Below the pieces are notes generated by a model. It was not told the origin of the DNA, searched no databases, and saw only the letters and a program-made list of their open reading frames with translations. Below, one piece after another: positions 21,415-37,207 of a DNA stretch of 64,000 nt (position 1 is the stretch's first letter; every line of letters starts with the position of its first letter). This DNA is from Spongospora subterranea f. sp. subterranea. Its lineage: Eukaryota. The DNA lies in the NCBI GenBank assembly GCA_049724395.1, contig JAUGWO010000024.1, positions 1-64,000 on the forward strand. The letters run 5' to 3'. A program made the translations under genes and the position numbers.

Positions 21415-24230
21415 AACCTCAGCATCTATTTCAGGCAACGAGCGCGATTAGAACGAGGGGATCCCCATCGGAATATCTGCGCATTGTGGTAAAGAGTCCT
21501 TTAGGAGCGATATATAGTATTGAAGAAGTCTAAACTAGCTGTGTGTTAATATAAGAAAAATTTTTCATAAATACAAGTCTCCTCGGGACTAAAACCTCGA
21601 GTTCCCTGATCCTTGACTCATTGTCGTTGATCTGAGTGGTGTCACCACACACTCTCCTTAGTCCCGAAGCCGCACCTGGCTTAACGGACTCCACGACCCA
21701 TCCTGGTCGTCATCGTCTTTGCTTGATTCAAAATCTGCGGGATCGTAAGGCTCGAAGTCCATCTCTTCGTTGGAAATCGTCCCTGTCGACATCGCTGCCG
21801 CATAGTACTGCCTCCTCCGCACCTTCCGTACCAACGGTTGCATCGTCATCCATGCGTACGGGTACAATCTGGTCGACGTTGAACGACGCCTCTTTCCCAG
21901 TAGTTACGTGCCGAAGTCGGTAGGTGTCGGTCGCGTTATCGTGCCTGCCAAGTACCCTCCAAGGTCCCGTTAAGCGGGGTAGGAATCTCCTGAATTGCCG
22001 TTCCTCCAATACTGGCGCCGATGCCACTTGCGTCACCCAGACCAACTGACCCACGTCCAGGATCACATCCATCCTGCCGTTGTTGTAACGATCTTTCGCA
22101 GCTCGATACACTTCCGCCGCCGTTTGCTCAGAGACTCCAAGCTGCACGAAGACTTCGTCGAAGACGCTCCAGATATTCACGCTGCGCCATGGGAGCTGCC
22201 TTTGGAATCCACACATTGTAGCTGCTGGGCAACCTCAGGCCTCGTCCGAACTCTAGGAAGTGCGGTGTCTGTCCCGTTGTCCGACACACGCCTTGGCAAT
22301 ATGCAAATTTCAGATAAGTGAGAACGCCATCCCACCGGTTCTGCTCGTCCGGTGCTAACGTTCACAAAAACGCGTTCAGGTATCGATGCGGTCTTTCCGC
22401 CATTCCATTGGCCTTTGCCCGGTAGGCCACGGTCATCGACAGTTGGATACCCAGCGCTTCGCACATCGCTGTCCAAAGTTCATTCCGCCAGGACGTGCCA
22501 CGATCTGCCACCAGTTTCAGGGGAAAAACCTTTCGTCAGAAAATACACCTGTAATCAATGCCTCCGCCGATTCCGTGGCTGACAACGACTTGACCGGTAC
22601 GAAAATCGTCGCGTGCGTAAATCGACAGTCGCTGACAAGACAGGCTTGCAGCCTCGCGCTGTTGTTGGCAGATTGACGACATTCAATGTGCACGACCTGC
22701 CACGGTTCTTTTGCTATCCCTTCTTCGAACGTCTGCCGTCTCCCTTGCCTGGCGCTGACTGTCGTCTTGGCTTGCTGACAGGCCAAACAATTATTGCGAA
22801 CGTTCCGCGCCGCGTCGCGTGACAAGTTGGGCCTTTACCGGTATGCAAACCTGGAATGTTGCGGTGCGTTTGCCCTGACTTGGCCGTACTCGAACCAACA
22901 CCCCGTTCTCATCCAGAACAAAGTTCCGCCTCGCGTGGTCCGACTCAGGTTGGCCGTTCACCTTTGCGTCGATGAGTGGCCGCCACGTCTCGTCCTCCCT
23001 TTGGTGCTGGCGTAGTGCGACTGGGGACCGATCCGTCGCCTCAATGTTGTTGATTGCCCAGCTGACGTCAATGATATCGTCCTCACTATCGTCCTGCGTG
23101 ATTTCATTGACCAGCGGATCCCTGCCTCATGAGTATATCCCTCTTCCCGGCTCAGCGCGTCTGCATTAGTATTTTCCACGTCCGGCTTGTACCTCAGTGT
23201 GTAGTGGAAGCCCTCCATTGCCTCCCAGATGCGGTTGAGTTAAGCGTCATCGTTCTCTTTACGCAAAAACTCCAACGGCTGTCCTTCCAAGAAACAACGC
23301 CACTTCTTTGACGCTCTTGGGATTGCCACGGCTTCGCCTCTTCTTGCCGCATAGTGCCGTTCGTTTCAACATACTTTTTAGATAGGTATGCTATCGAATG
23401 CTCGCGTCCGATTGCTTCATCGCGTTGGCTTAAGACCGCGCCCATTGCAGTACTTGAATAATCTGTCTGCACGATGAAGGGACGATTGAATCAGGATGGG
23501 CCAGAATCGGTTGCCGTCAACCGCCGTCGAAGCTCTTCAAACGCGACTTGGTGGTCCTTCTCCCACCGCCATTCGGCCGCTTTTGCCGTCATAGTTGTCA
23601 GCGGTGCCGACACTCCTGCGAAATCGCGAATGAAGTGGTGGTAATACCCTGCCAATCCTAACAAGGTTTTCAACTCCTTCTTTTTTCTTCTTGTCCCTGG
23701 GAATTGGGTACGACGCCACTGCCTCAATCAGTCGCCGGTCGGGCCTGATGCCCTCGCCGTCAATCCTATGACCCAAATAAATCACCTCTTTCTGAAACAG
23801 GTGGGTCTTCGCCGGATTAACCATCAGGTTGTGTTCCGAAGCCGCTCGAAAGCCCTGGTCAACTTGTCTAAGTGAGACTCGATGTCCGCCGAGAATATCA
23901 TCACGTCGTCCATGTAGACCAGACAATCTACATAATTCATTCCGGCCAGAACCTTCCCCATCATCCGACAATATGTTGCTGGTGCGCATCTTAGTCCACA
24001 CGGCATCGAGTATTTTTCCCCCGAAAAGCATTGTTGTTTTTCTTCAGGTATTTTCCGTGAACCGTGTCGTACTCCCATGGGGATGATCACCCCCACAACT
24101 TCGGCAGCTAATATCGTGCCAAGCCCTCCACTCGTCCTTCCGCTTCGCAAGTGTGTCAAGTGTTCCTTCAGTATCGCCTTCACCACGCCCTCAGTTGATA
24201 TCGTGTCACTATCTTTGAGATTCATCGACT
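21415..24230 (-). mobile_element. degenerate Ty3/gypsy LTR retrotransposon (RT-RNaseH-integrase, PPT and probable 3' LTR); 5' part missing
   Basis: MPCGLRCAPATY, CLVYMDDVMIFS, EVIYLGHRI, LGLAGYYHHFIRDFAGVSAPLT, QTDYSSTAMGAVLSQ, YKPDVENTNADALSR, CLACQQAK..PWQVVHI and RLTGPWRV; purine tract aaggagagtg followed by tgtggtg near 21650. The LTR's outer boundary is uncertain. Confidence 0.88.
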
Positions 24231-24721
24231 TCGTGCAGGTTCAGCGCCCCTCACATGTGTCTCTCGCTTCACACCCTTGCCGGGTACTGTACCGGTGACA
24301 CGCGTCCAAAAGAAGACGACTGCAGACTGCAGTGCATTCGGGTGTACATACTGTAAGTTGACGTTACACTGAACACGAAAACTCCGCCGTGTCCATTTGG
24401 TGTACACAGCACAGTGCCTGCTGTTACCCCATCATTGGAATCATTCGTGTTCAAAGACCAATAATTACCAGATTGGGGCAGCGTTCGACTGGATATCGAA
24501 AAGGGCGATTATTCAGGGTCTCAACAGACGATACCGATATCCGGGTATACCTGAATCGACGGAGTACAAGTCAACCGATCTATTTTTCCTATTTCGCGTA
24601 TACAGTACCGTGGCGAAATTCAACTTTAAATTGTGGTTTCGAACACATTCCGGTTTCTGGAAAGATTCGGAACTGGAGACACGCGCTCTGTCGTCATCAT
24701 AATATCCTGCCATAAAAAATT

Positions 24722-27700
24722 ATGTCTGCGACACCTGTTAGAGTGTCGCCAGTGATCCCCGAAGGAAACGCTGGCCAAAGCGTTTTAAATGAAGGCGAGC
24801 GTGTAATTTACTGTTCCCAGCCATCGAAAAACGTTCAATATCCTGACAATTCTCTCCGGACTACCAAATATACGCTATTGACATTTCTGCCGAAGAATTT
24901 GCTAGAGCAGTTTAGCAGACACATCAATCGATATTTTCTGTTGATAGCTTGCCTCCAACTATTTTCAATAATCACTCCTGTCAGCCCAGGTCTGTGGCTT
25001 TCCTGTTGTTTCCAGACTTTGTGCGAAACTGATGTCACGTTCAGTGACAACTTGGGCTCCTTTGATCGCTGTGTTCGGATTGAGTGCGGCCAAGGAATTG
25101 CTCGACGATTTGGGAAGAGCCAAACAAGATAAAGAGGCAAACGAAAAACTGTACAAGGTGAGAGCCCCCTGAATGGCTTTTTGTGTATCCGGGTTTTCAG
25201 CAAACGTCGCAGGTTTTTAGGGACGGTTGCCTTCTTGACGTCAAATCGCGGGATATCCGTGTAGGTGATATAATCAAGTTGCATGATGGCGAACAGGTCA
25301 CAACATTCAATTGGTAGAAACACATTGTAACCTTCGAGGCTCACAGGTTCCTTGTGATGTTTGCATTTTGCAAAGCTCTTCACCAGATGGCGCCTGCATG
25401 GTACAGACAATGAATCTTGACGGCGAGACTACTCTCAAAATTCGAATGGCCGTTCCAAGTTTACAGGTTTTCCAAATTACAGATTGTACCTTCGTTCGCC
25501 CTGATAGTTGGTTGTCCTGCTGTCAGAAACTGCCTGCCCAGGAGATTGAAAATTACAAAGGCGTGATCACCTGTGGTCTACCTGACGCTTCTGTATATCG
25601 CTTTGATTCTCGTATTGGAAGCACATCTTTGTCAGGTAGTCAACTTATTCAACAGGTTAGCCGAAAACGTCCTGGCCGTCGTCCTATAAATCCTCCGTTC
25701 TGCATATAGACGACGACAATCAAAAACACAACCTTTATTTATGGAGCTACTGTCTACACGGGATCGGACACAAAGTTCGCACAGAACCGGGGTATCCGCA
25801 ACCGGTTTGCATGCTAATTCTGCTTTGACATGGATTTTAGGAGCTATTCTTGTGAAATGGACTAAAAGCGACGCCTTTATCAACAAGGTTGCTATTGCTT
25901 TGTTCTTATTCCAGATTATGCTTGTCGTAAGTGTTTGATGAGTCCGTAAACCGTTCCTGATTTTCGGGTTATAGATTATTTTCGGAACTGTTGGTAACGT
26001 TTGGGAAGCCACGGCGGGTTCAAACCACCCGTATCTAGGGTATAAAATTGACGCCCCAGACTCCACCTTCGCTCGCATATTGCTGATTTTTATCATTCCG
26101 CTTCGCTTTCTGCTGCTAAATAGCACGATCATCCCAATTTCGTTGAAAGTAACAGCGACATATTGTTTCGCGTAAACGTATGAACGTGCTGGTGTAGGTC
26201 ACCCTTGATGTCTGCAAGTTCTACTACGCTAAGTTTATCGGATGGGACCATAAGTTGTTTTTAGAAGATGACGTTGATCATGTATTCATTGCCGGAAATG
26301 CGTATCGAATGGTTTTGACGTTGGTTACAGGAATCCAGTTATTTCGAGCTTCAACCTGCCCGGGCCAACAATTCTGCAATCAGCGAAGATTTAGGACAAA
26401 TACAATATGTTTTGACAGACAAAACTGGTACACTTACCGAAAATGAAATGGTGTTTCGGAAAGTACGGGGATCGATTCACAGGCTTGTTGGAAAGCTCAG
26501 TTTTGATGATACTGTTTAGTGCTCGATAAAAGGCACACTGTTTTCTGAACGAGATTGCGGTGCTGGCGGACGTCTGTTTATGGCTGGAGAGCACAATGAG
26601 TCCAGTGTGACATTAGATTTTTTGCGGAACCTGGCGCTGAACAGCACTGCTGTACCGGCTCGCGACGCCAACCAGCGAATTGTGTATATTCAGTTCTCAC
26701 GCAAATTCAATTACTTCATTGACAATGTGATTCGCTCAGATACAAAAGCAGTTCTCCAGACGAGGAATCGCTCGTTGATGCGGCTGCGCAACTAGGTGTC
26801 CAACTAATATCTCGTCAAGGGCCCCTGATCGAATTGCTGGTTCATGGACATACTGAGTTTTATGTCGTTCGTCAAGAATTGTCCTTCACCAGCGAAAGGC
26901 GTCGCATGTCTGTTGTCGTACAAGATCGCGCTACAAATAAGTTAATTTTGTATTGCAAAGGTTGGGGAATTGTTGAGGGAATATATGCCGCGTGGCTGAT
27001 CCTTGACGCAGGCGGAGATGACGTGATAATGGAAAGAGTCGTGAACCATTCTGCAGATGATCAATTAACGATTGCGCATTTGAACTCGTTTGCTGGTGAA
27101 GGCCTTCGAACGCTTGCTTTTGCGCAGAAAACGGTAATTTTGCGAATTTGTGAGAAGTAACTCAATAATGATATGCATCAATCAAAGCTGGATTCGGCAA
27201 AATATGCTGCTTGGGTGGAAAAGTTTAATGTGGCCAACACCGCTGTAGACAACAGAGAGGTGGATTTTTTTTAAAGCAGCCCTGTCGTCTGAATAATTAT
27301 ACTACTGTAGGATGCTTTGGCCCTTGTTTACGAAGAACTCGAACAAGGGCTTGGACTCATTGGTGCATCTGCTATTGAGGATCGTCTGCAGAAAGGTTTA
27401 TTTATTGTCAGATAACTAGCAGTTAAAGTCATTCGTGAATTAGATGTTCCTGAAACGATCCAGAGTCTTCGGGCCGGTGGGGTTAAGTTTTGGATGCTTA
27501 CTGGGGACAAATTCAGTACAGCTCTTCAAATTGCCACGTCATGTAACCTGAAGGTGGATTCCATATGGCAATTATCGATATGTTTGTTTATTCCGTTTTC
27601 TAGTCGTCGCTGTCGGAAAATAGCGTCTTACTAGAAATCAACTCTTTCAACGAGGCTGATGTGAGTAACGAACTCAGTTCTCATCGTCAAATCCTAGAAA

Positions 27701-29362
27701 CACATCGTGAGACGCGGGATATTTGTATCATCCTTCGCGGTGCGTCCTTAACCGCAGCAATGAGCATGAGGAATCAAACAAGGTTTTTGGAGCTCTGCAT
27801 GTCCGCCAGTTCGGTGATTTGTTGTCGTTTCTCTCCTCGCCAAAAAGCACAGGTCGCCAGATTTGGGTATCGTTCTTTTCTATTGACGTTGACTCTTGAT
27901 GTCAGGTGGTTAAAATGGTTAAAGATGCGGGATTAATGACCCTTGCAATTGGGGACGGTGGTAATGATGTCAGCATGATCATGGAAGCTCATGTTGGGGT
28001 TGGTATTCGTGGCAAAGAAGGTCTGCAGGCTGCTCGCGCGTCAGATTTCCAGGTTGGAGTATTCCGAATTGGTCTCAGTTGTTCTTAAATTAATATAGGT
28101 GAACCACTTCCGCTCGTTAAAACCGTTGTTGCTTGTTCATGGACGTCAGTCATATTTAAGGACCAGTCTAGTATAATTCTATCGTGTCACCTTTTACTGG
28201 GCAATTAAAAGCGTGCTCTCACTAGGTGGCCCAATATTCGTTCTTCAAGTCTTTTGAGTTTTGCTTTATTCAGATCGCGTTTGGTTTTAGTAGCGGATTC
28301 TCCGGTGAGTTCCCCGATATAGTTAGTACACATCGTAAATATGATTTGCGTTGCATGCAGGCAGCGCCTTGTTCAATTCTGCATGCATCGCAGCTTACAA
28401 TGCCCTACTATTTATTCCTATTTTGACTTTCATCCTCGATCAAGACCTGAGCAGCGAACAGGTACACTGATTCTTCGTATGAGGTTATTGCCAACATAGC
28501 TTTCTCAGGCGCTCCGTTTCCCGGAAGCTTACCTCGATTGCCAAACAGGACGGCATTTTACATGGAGAACGTATGTCATTTGGATGATCAGAGCTTTCTT
28601 TCAAGCTATTGTTGTATATCTTCTATCGATTGCAATGTAATGAGAGCATTTTTTTAAACTTGGGTTGAATCTGATTTTCGGCTTTAGTTACGACGTTGGG
28701 TTCCTGCATCATCAAAATGGTGACCCTGCTGGTCTCGAAGCTCTTGGCCTTCTGGCATTTTTTTCTTTTCTATTAATCCAAGTAAGTTCAAGTGCCGTTC
28801 CGAAGTCGTAAATGACACTATATGCTCCGTTCAACAGTCTCTAACAATGATTCTCGAACAAAATTATGTCACCTTATTGCACCTGATGGGCATTATTGGT
28901 TTCCATTTTTTCGGTATGACTCAGAGATTACAATAGTGCGTTGCTGACAATCATGGTAATTAGGGATGGCATTGCTTTACGCATGTTCAACGTCTGTGGC
29001 GTTCGACTCGCTAATCGGTCTTGGTTCAGTGGAGTTTGTATTTACGGATCCCGTCTTTTGGGCGGCTCAGATTCTCATTACAGCATGTGCCATATTGCCA
29101 GTCATGGCTGTTCAGGTTATCCATCCTAAAACACTTTTTGTTCCACTTGACATACACAATTATAACGACAGCACTGCTAACGACAGTGATACTGAACGTT
29201 AGCTGGTTATTTTTTTTGCGCCTTCATACGCTAAATCGTTATTTTGTCTTATAGTCGATAGTACACCAATTCTGTCCAGACCGGTCGTTCGAAATGCGAC
29301 AGGAATTGCTAGCGCAAGCCGTAGCGGAGGATAACACTGTTTCAGGAGATAACATTCAATGA
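24722..29362 (+). CDS. P4-type ATPase phospholipid flippase, ALA2-like; >20 short introns
   Basis: [128 protein letters not shown]. Confidence 0.95.
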
Positions 29363-29425
29363 CCAAAAACAAAAACTATATTCATGAAGATTAATCCCGG
29401 CCAAAATGATTTATACTCTTAAATA

Positions 29426-31005
29426 CTACGTATAGAATTCAAAATCAACGTCGGCCTTCTTAACGTTATTTTTGTACGCCTTCTCCATGTCTGCAGGCAG
29501 AATCACGTAGCGGTTATTCCGAACTGCGTGAAGACCAGCTTCTTGAGCCATCGATGCAATATCGGCAGCAGAAATCTGTTTTATGCTGATTAAAAATATT
29601 TGTCGAAAGAGGGTCGGCAGGATCAAAATTACCTTTTCCGGTCGCTGAACGTAATCTTCAAGATCAATTTCTTGACTTAGATTCATTTTTGCAGTAGCTA
29701 CTTGGAAAATCAGACGCTTTTGTCGGCGATCAGGAGGTGGAAATTCAATTTTCCTATCCAAACGGCCAGGTCGTAACAACGCTGGATCTAAGGTATCGGC
29801 ACGGTTCGTCGCCATGATTACCTACGGCCGCTCATCAAAAAACTGTTGTAAAAGCTTTCATAATTATTCTGACTTTGACGTTAGTAGATTGGTCGAACCC
29901 ATCCATTTGTGTGAGTAATTCCATAAGAATACGCTGAACCTCTCGATCAGCGCCCGTTTGAGCGTCGAACCGCTTAGTTGCGATTGCGTCAATTTCATCA
30001 ATGAAAATAAATTGAGGGTGCGTTCTCCCGAGCAAGTCGGAACACATCTCGAACCATTCGAGGACCCTCACCTATAAAACAGAAACGTTTAGAAACTATC
30101 TAAAGCACTTGATTGAGCATGTCATGGAAATCGGACCAAGGTACTTCTGGACAAATTCTGAGCCAACAACGCGAATAAACGAAGCTGTTGTATGATGAGC
30201 AACGGCTTTCGCCATCATTGTCTTCCCCGTTCCCGGAGGTCCCCACATCAATACACCTCGAGGAGGGTCAATACCAATTGCTCGGTATCTGAACACGACG
30301 TGTCAGCAACAGTCACCTAATCGTTATCAAAACGGGTTTTATACAGATCAAAGTGGGTAAGCGGAAGTTCCACAGCTTCACGAATTTCTTGCTTTTGAAT
30401 ATCCAAACCACCAATGTCCGAATAAGAAGTATCAGGTTTCTCTGAGTTCAAATTATGAAATCTACTTAAAAAAGGAACTGACTGACCCTACCTGTAATTG
30501 CTAATGTGCTAATTGTTGAATCAGCTTCCGGAGGAAGAATATCAACAAGCGAATTAGAATGACGATGAAGTGCAACACTCGAGTTCGGCTTCAACGATTC
30601 TCGATCTATTGTGCTAAGAGTCCGCTCAGATAAAATATATTGGTGTAATCATAATATAGATACCTTAGGATCCTGGCATAATACGTCTGCCCAGTTGTGC
30701 TATGAACAATACCAGTCGTCTCGTCGACCATTTCAAGAAACTGAAGGAATCCAATTTACTTCCAAATAATTCAAAAGTTTGTGGGAACGTACCTGTCCAA
30801 TCACCAATGGAACAGATTGAATGCGTTTAACTTCTTCCTCCGCGCGATGTAATTCGCGTTTCAAATTTTTCTGTTCGTCCTTTATATACGTCTCCTGGAC
30901 TTCTAGGAACTGCAGCTGTTCTTGCAGGCTCTTTAAAGTCAAATACAGATCGATTGTGAGAAGTCCTTCCTCTGGCACGGGGCCGGCTGGCATGGCCGTT
31001 GCCAT
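29426..31005 (-). CDS. RPT3: 26S proteasome AAA-ATPase regulatory subunit 6B (multi-exon)
   Basis: [98 protein letters not shown]; one +1 indel near 30012. Confidence 0.97.
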
Positions 31006-32228
31006 ATCGAATCCGCGCCGATTATCTCTTGAGCGATACGGTCAACCGACGACTCTTTCCAAAGTATTATGATGTGAACGGGTAAAAACATATCGCACTT
31101 GGGTGTTTCGATACACTGTCATCTATAGATACAGTACTCCTCAGTGTATCTACGTAGAGTATTTTTAAGTGGTCTTGTCTGCTGGTCGTTCAATACCGAC
31201 GGTGTGGAAGGTCAATATTAGCGTGTCGGTGCCTGATTCCGGATTTCAGAACCATGATCAACATCCTTACTAGCAGAATGACAACAAAATCGAGAACTGC
31301 ATTGGGTTAATAATGAACTCTTAAGTGTTTCAAATGCGTAAGAATTCGGGGTCCAGCAAACCACGGAATCCTGACAATGCAACCGTCGACCAGCTAGCAT
31401 GTCCCTGTAAGATATAGGTAGGCTGTTCTTGGGCATATCGTCTCAAGATGAATTATCGGTCATGCCGATAGCACCGACTAAGTTTTCTTCGGAAGACGTT
31501 ATAGTGTGATGGAAACCGCTAAGCGAAAGCGAAAGCGAAATATTTCCTTTTATTGGCCTAGCCGTATTACGCGGCGGCATTCATTTTGAAACTCGGGGTG
31601 ATCACGAGCCTGCAGAACATGCATGCCATCTGTTCCATAACAGTTTTACTAATATTACATTCCCTTGAAGACGCTATGACCGTTGTGCATTTTAAAGTTA
31701 GCTTTTTTGTTGCAATATCGGCATGTTGATTTGTCAGTACGTTTCCGTGTACACTAATGCGACGTCACTCGGCTAGGATCCGTCTTCAGCAAGAAATAAA
31801 GCATCTACTGTACAATATAGATTTTGTGGACACATAAACAGCCTACATCAGTTTGCAACTACGGAGGTTGTCCTTAAGCCGTTCTTCCCATTTCAAGTTG
31901 GAACAACAAGCACAACGTCTGGAAACATTGAATTAAGGGGCTACATCTACCCGATCATCGGTGAAACAACCCGCTGATCAGCCACTATTTGCTGCGAAAT
32001 AGTTGTCTCGTAAACAACAAACTCACACCGCTAGATATTTGGATATTTGATCGCCAAACATAAAGAAGATCCTGAGGTTCATCAGGAACAAAAACGTCGC
32101 ATATTCTATGGCGGAACATATTAACCCAACTTTCTCGAGAATGAAACAAGAACGAAAAAGAGGTACTTTTTTGAATTTCAGCTCAACATCTGATCTAACA
32201 ATAATATTTATAATTAACGTATCACCCA

Positions 32229-35375
<3,147 letters not shown>

Positions 35376-35655
35376 ATCTTGGCTTAAATTAATGAACGAC
35401 CTTAGATCCTCCTCTGGATCCCGATTAGATCTAATAACTAAAGGGGACGGACTACAGTGCCTAATACGGGTCCCCCTCATTATCTGTCCGGATTAAAGTT
35501 TCTCTTTTTTGGTGTTAACGTTATCATGTGGGAGCGTCCCTCACATAATGCACTGCAAAGTGGTAACAAAATCATATGGTGCAGTATAATGACCTGAACG
35601 TAATAAATGCCAGACGGATATGGAATTTGCACACAGTAAATTTCACTTAATTTAG

Positions 35656-36279
35656 TTAGTAATGATTACAAGAGGGAAACTGGGAAGATTGATAAACACG
35701 ACCACGAACACGTGCATTTCCACTGCCAGATGTGTAGAGTTGATGGACCAGATCCCATCCATACGTGTATGGAGGAACGAGCGGCAGTTTGTGTGGGGAT
35801 AAAATTACCAGATATCGGCATTGTAGTGAAAGCTGAAATAAGGTCGAGAAGAGTTCTGATTGAGACATCAGATGCAGCGCGAAAGAGGACACCACTATAT
35901 CGAATGTCTCTTTTAACAGCCCTTGGGCAACGTCGTGGAAAGTCATCTCCTGACATGTCACATCGGGAACACAGCTTTCAAACGCCTTTTTAGTATATGG
36001 ATCTACGGCCGACATCGCCGGCAGACTGATTGATGACATCTCTGCCCACTTACGACATGCAATCGTGGCTTCGCCACTTCCTGCAGCCAAATCCAGGACT
36101 TTCCATGACATGCAATTGATCCGAGATTTCAGATCAACTGCTTCGAACATTGCATGGATACACTTTTCGATCGCTGCCGTGTGCGGATTCCTGTAATGGC
36201 TTCCGCGTTCTTCGTAATACTTGTCGACGCCATTCGAATAATTTATTCGCATTGAGCTTGACGGCCCCAATCCCGCCAT
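35656..36279 (-). CDS. class I SAM-dependent methyltransferase, uncharacterised; intronless
   Basis: YRNPH, VLDLAAGSGEAT (motif I), VDPYT, FDIVVSSFALHL, LVILSPHK; start codon uncertain (36381, 36279 or 36252). Confidence 0.8.
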   Translation of the reverse strand: MAGLGPSSSMRINYSNGVDKYYEERGSHYRNPHTAAIEKCIHAMFEAVDLKSRINCMSWKVLDLAAGSGEATIACRKWAEMSSISLPAMSAVDPYTKKAFESCVPDVTCQEMTFHDVAQGLLKETFDIVVSSFALHLMSQSELFSTLFQLSLQCRYLVILSPHKLPLVPPYTYGWDLVHQLYTSGSGNARVRGRVYQSSQFPSCNHY

Positions 36280-36408
36280 CTCGACCACAGATTGATCTGC
36301 GCTAATTTTACAGAGTCGCAAACATCCGTTTTCTTCTTTGTACTGTGTACCGTGTCGAATGCCAATAATTGTATTAACCATCTGATTTCTACCGAATTTT
36401 GAAAGAAT

Positions 36409-37008
36409 TTAGATAGGACAGGCAACGTTTTTTTGTTGGCTTATGGGGATATTGATCCAGAATGGTAAAAACCAGGCCGATACTGTGGTAGTTCCTTTTA
36501 TCGTTATTTGGATGCTACTTCCAGCAGTCTGACAGGTCTGGAGTATCGACTGGAGCATTTGTCGTAGCTGTTCTGTTGACAAATCTGTAATTTCGATGGT
36601 GATCGGCACTATAACTGGTGAGATCTGTTTTGACGGCAACCTTGACGCTGGAAATGTCATCGTTGTAATTGAACCTATGCTCGGGGTGTTTTTTACAGGG
36701 GCGACAACATACGACAAGAAACACTTACTTCCTCGGTACATAATTGAAAACATTGACGCCTTTAATGCAATGTCGTATGCATTTCGATTGTTGACTTCTA
36801 AAATACATTGGGTAGCCAGAGTCAACTGGCTTTGAGACATTGAAAATTGGCCAGACTCGAGCCTGGCTGAAATTGGTGGATTCATATCAGGGAAGTAATA
36901 CCATATCAGTACTCCGGTAATCACCGCCATCGCCAATATAAAGGCCAGCATTACACGGCACGCTGAGCATGACGACCTACGAAGTGACCGCGTCGTAAGC
37001 CTCTTCAT
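36409..37008 (-). CDS. single-TM LEA_2 / NDR1-HIN1-like protein
   Basis: Basic/Cys N-terminus, TM helix LAFILAMAVITGVLIWYYFP, LEVNNRNAYDIAL (N-x-N motif), beta-rich body, terminal Cys; may contain one short in-frame intron. Confidence 0.6.
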   Translation of the reverse strand: MKRLTTRSLRRSSCSACRVMLAFILAMAVITGVLIWYYFPDMNPPISARLESGQFSMSQSQLTLATQCILEVNNRNAYDIALKASMFSIMYRGSKCFLSYVVAPVKNTPSIGSITTMTFPASRLPSKQISPVIVPITIEITDLSTEQLRQMLQSILQTCQTAGSSIQITIKGTTTVSAWFLPFWINIPISQQKNVACPI

Positions 37009-37207
37009 TTAATAAATAGACGTACTCTAGGCGTGTGCCTCGCAAAGTAGTTGATGAAACGGTTGAGAGCTTTTTTCTACATACAGTCGTGTTTTTCGCT
37101 AAAAGTCACTGAAATGGAGAGCCACCTCCTATGTTGTCAGTAAAGGATATGGCTTCATAAATTTCGACATTTATAATAATTATTTTTCGAAGGGCATCAT
37201 TCACTGT

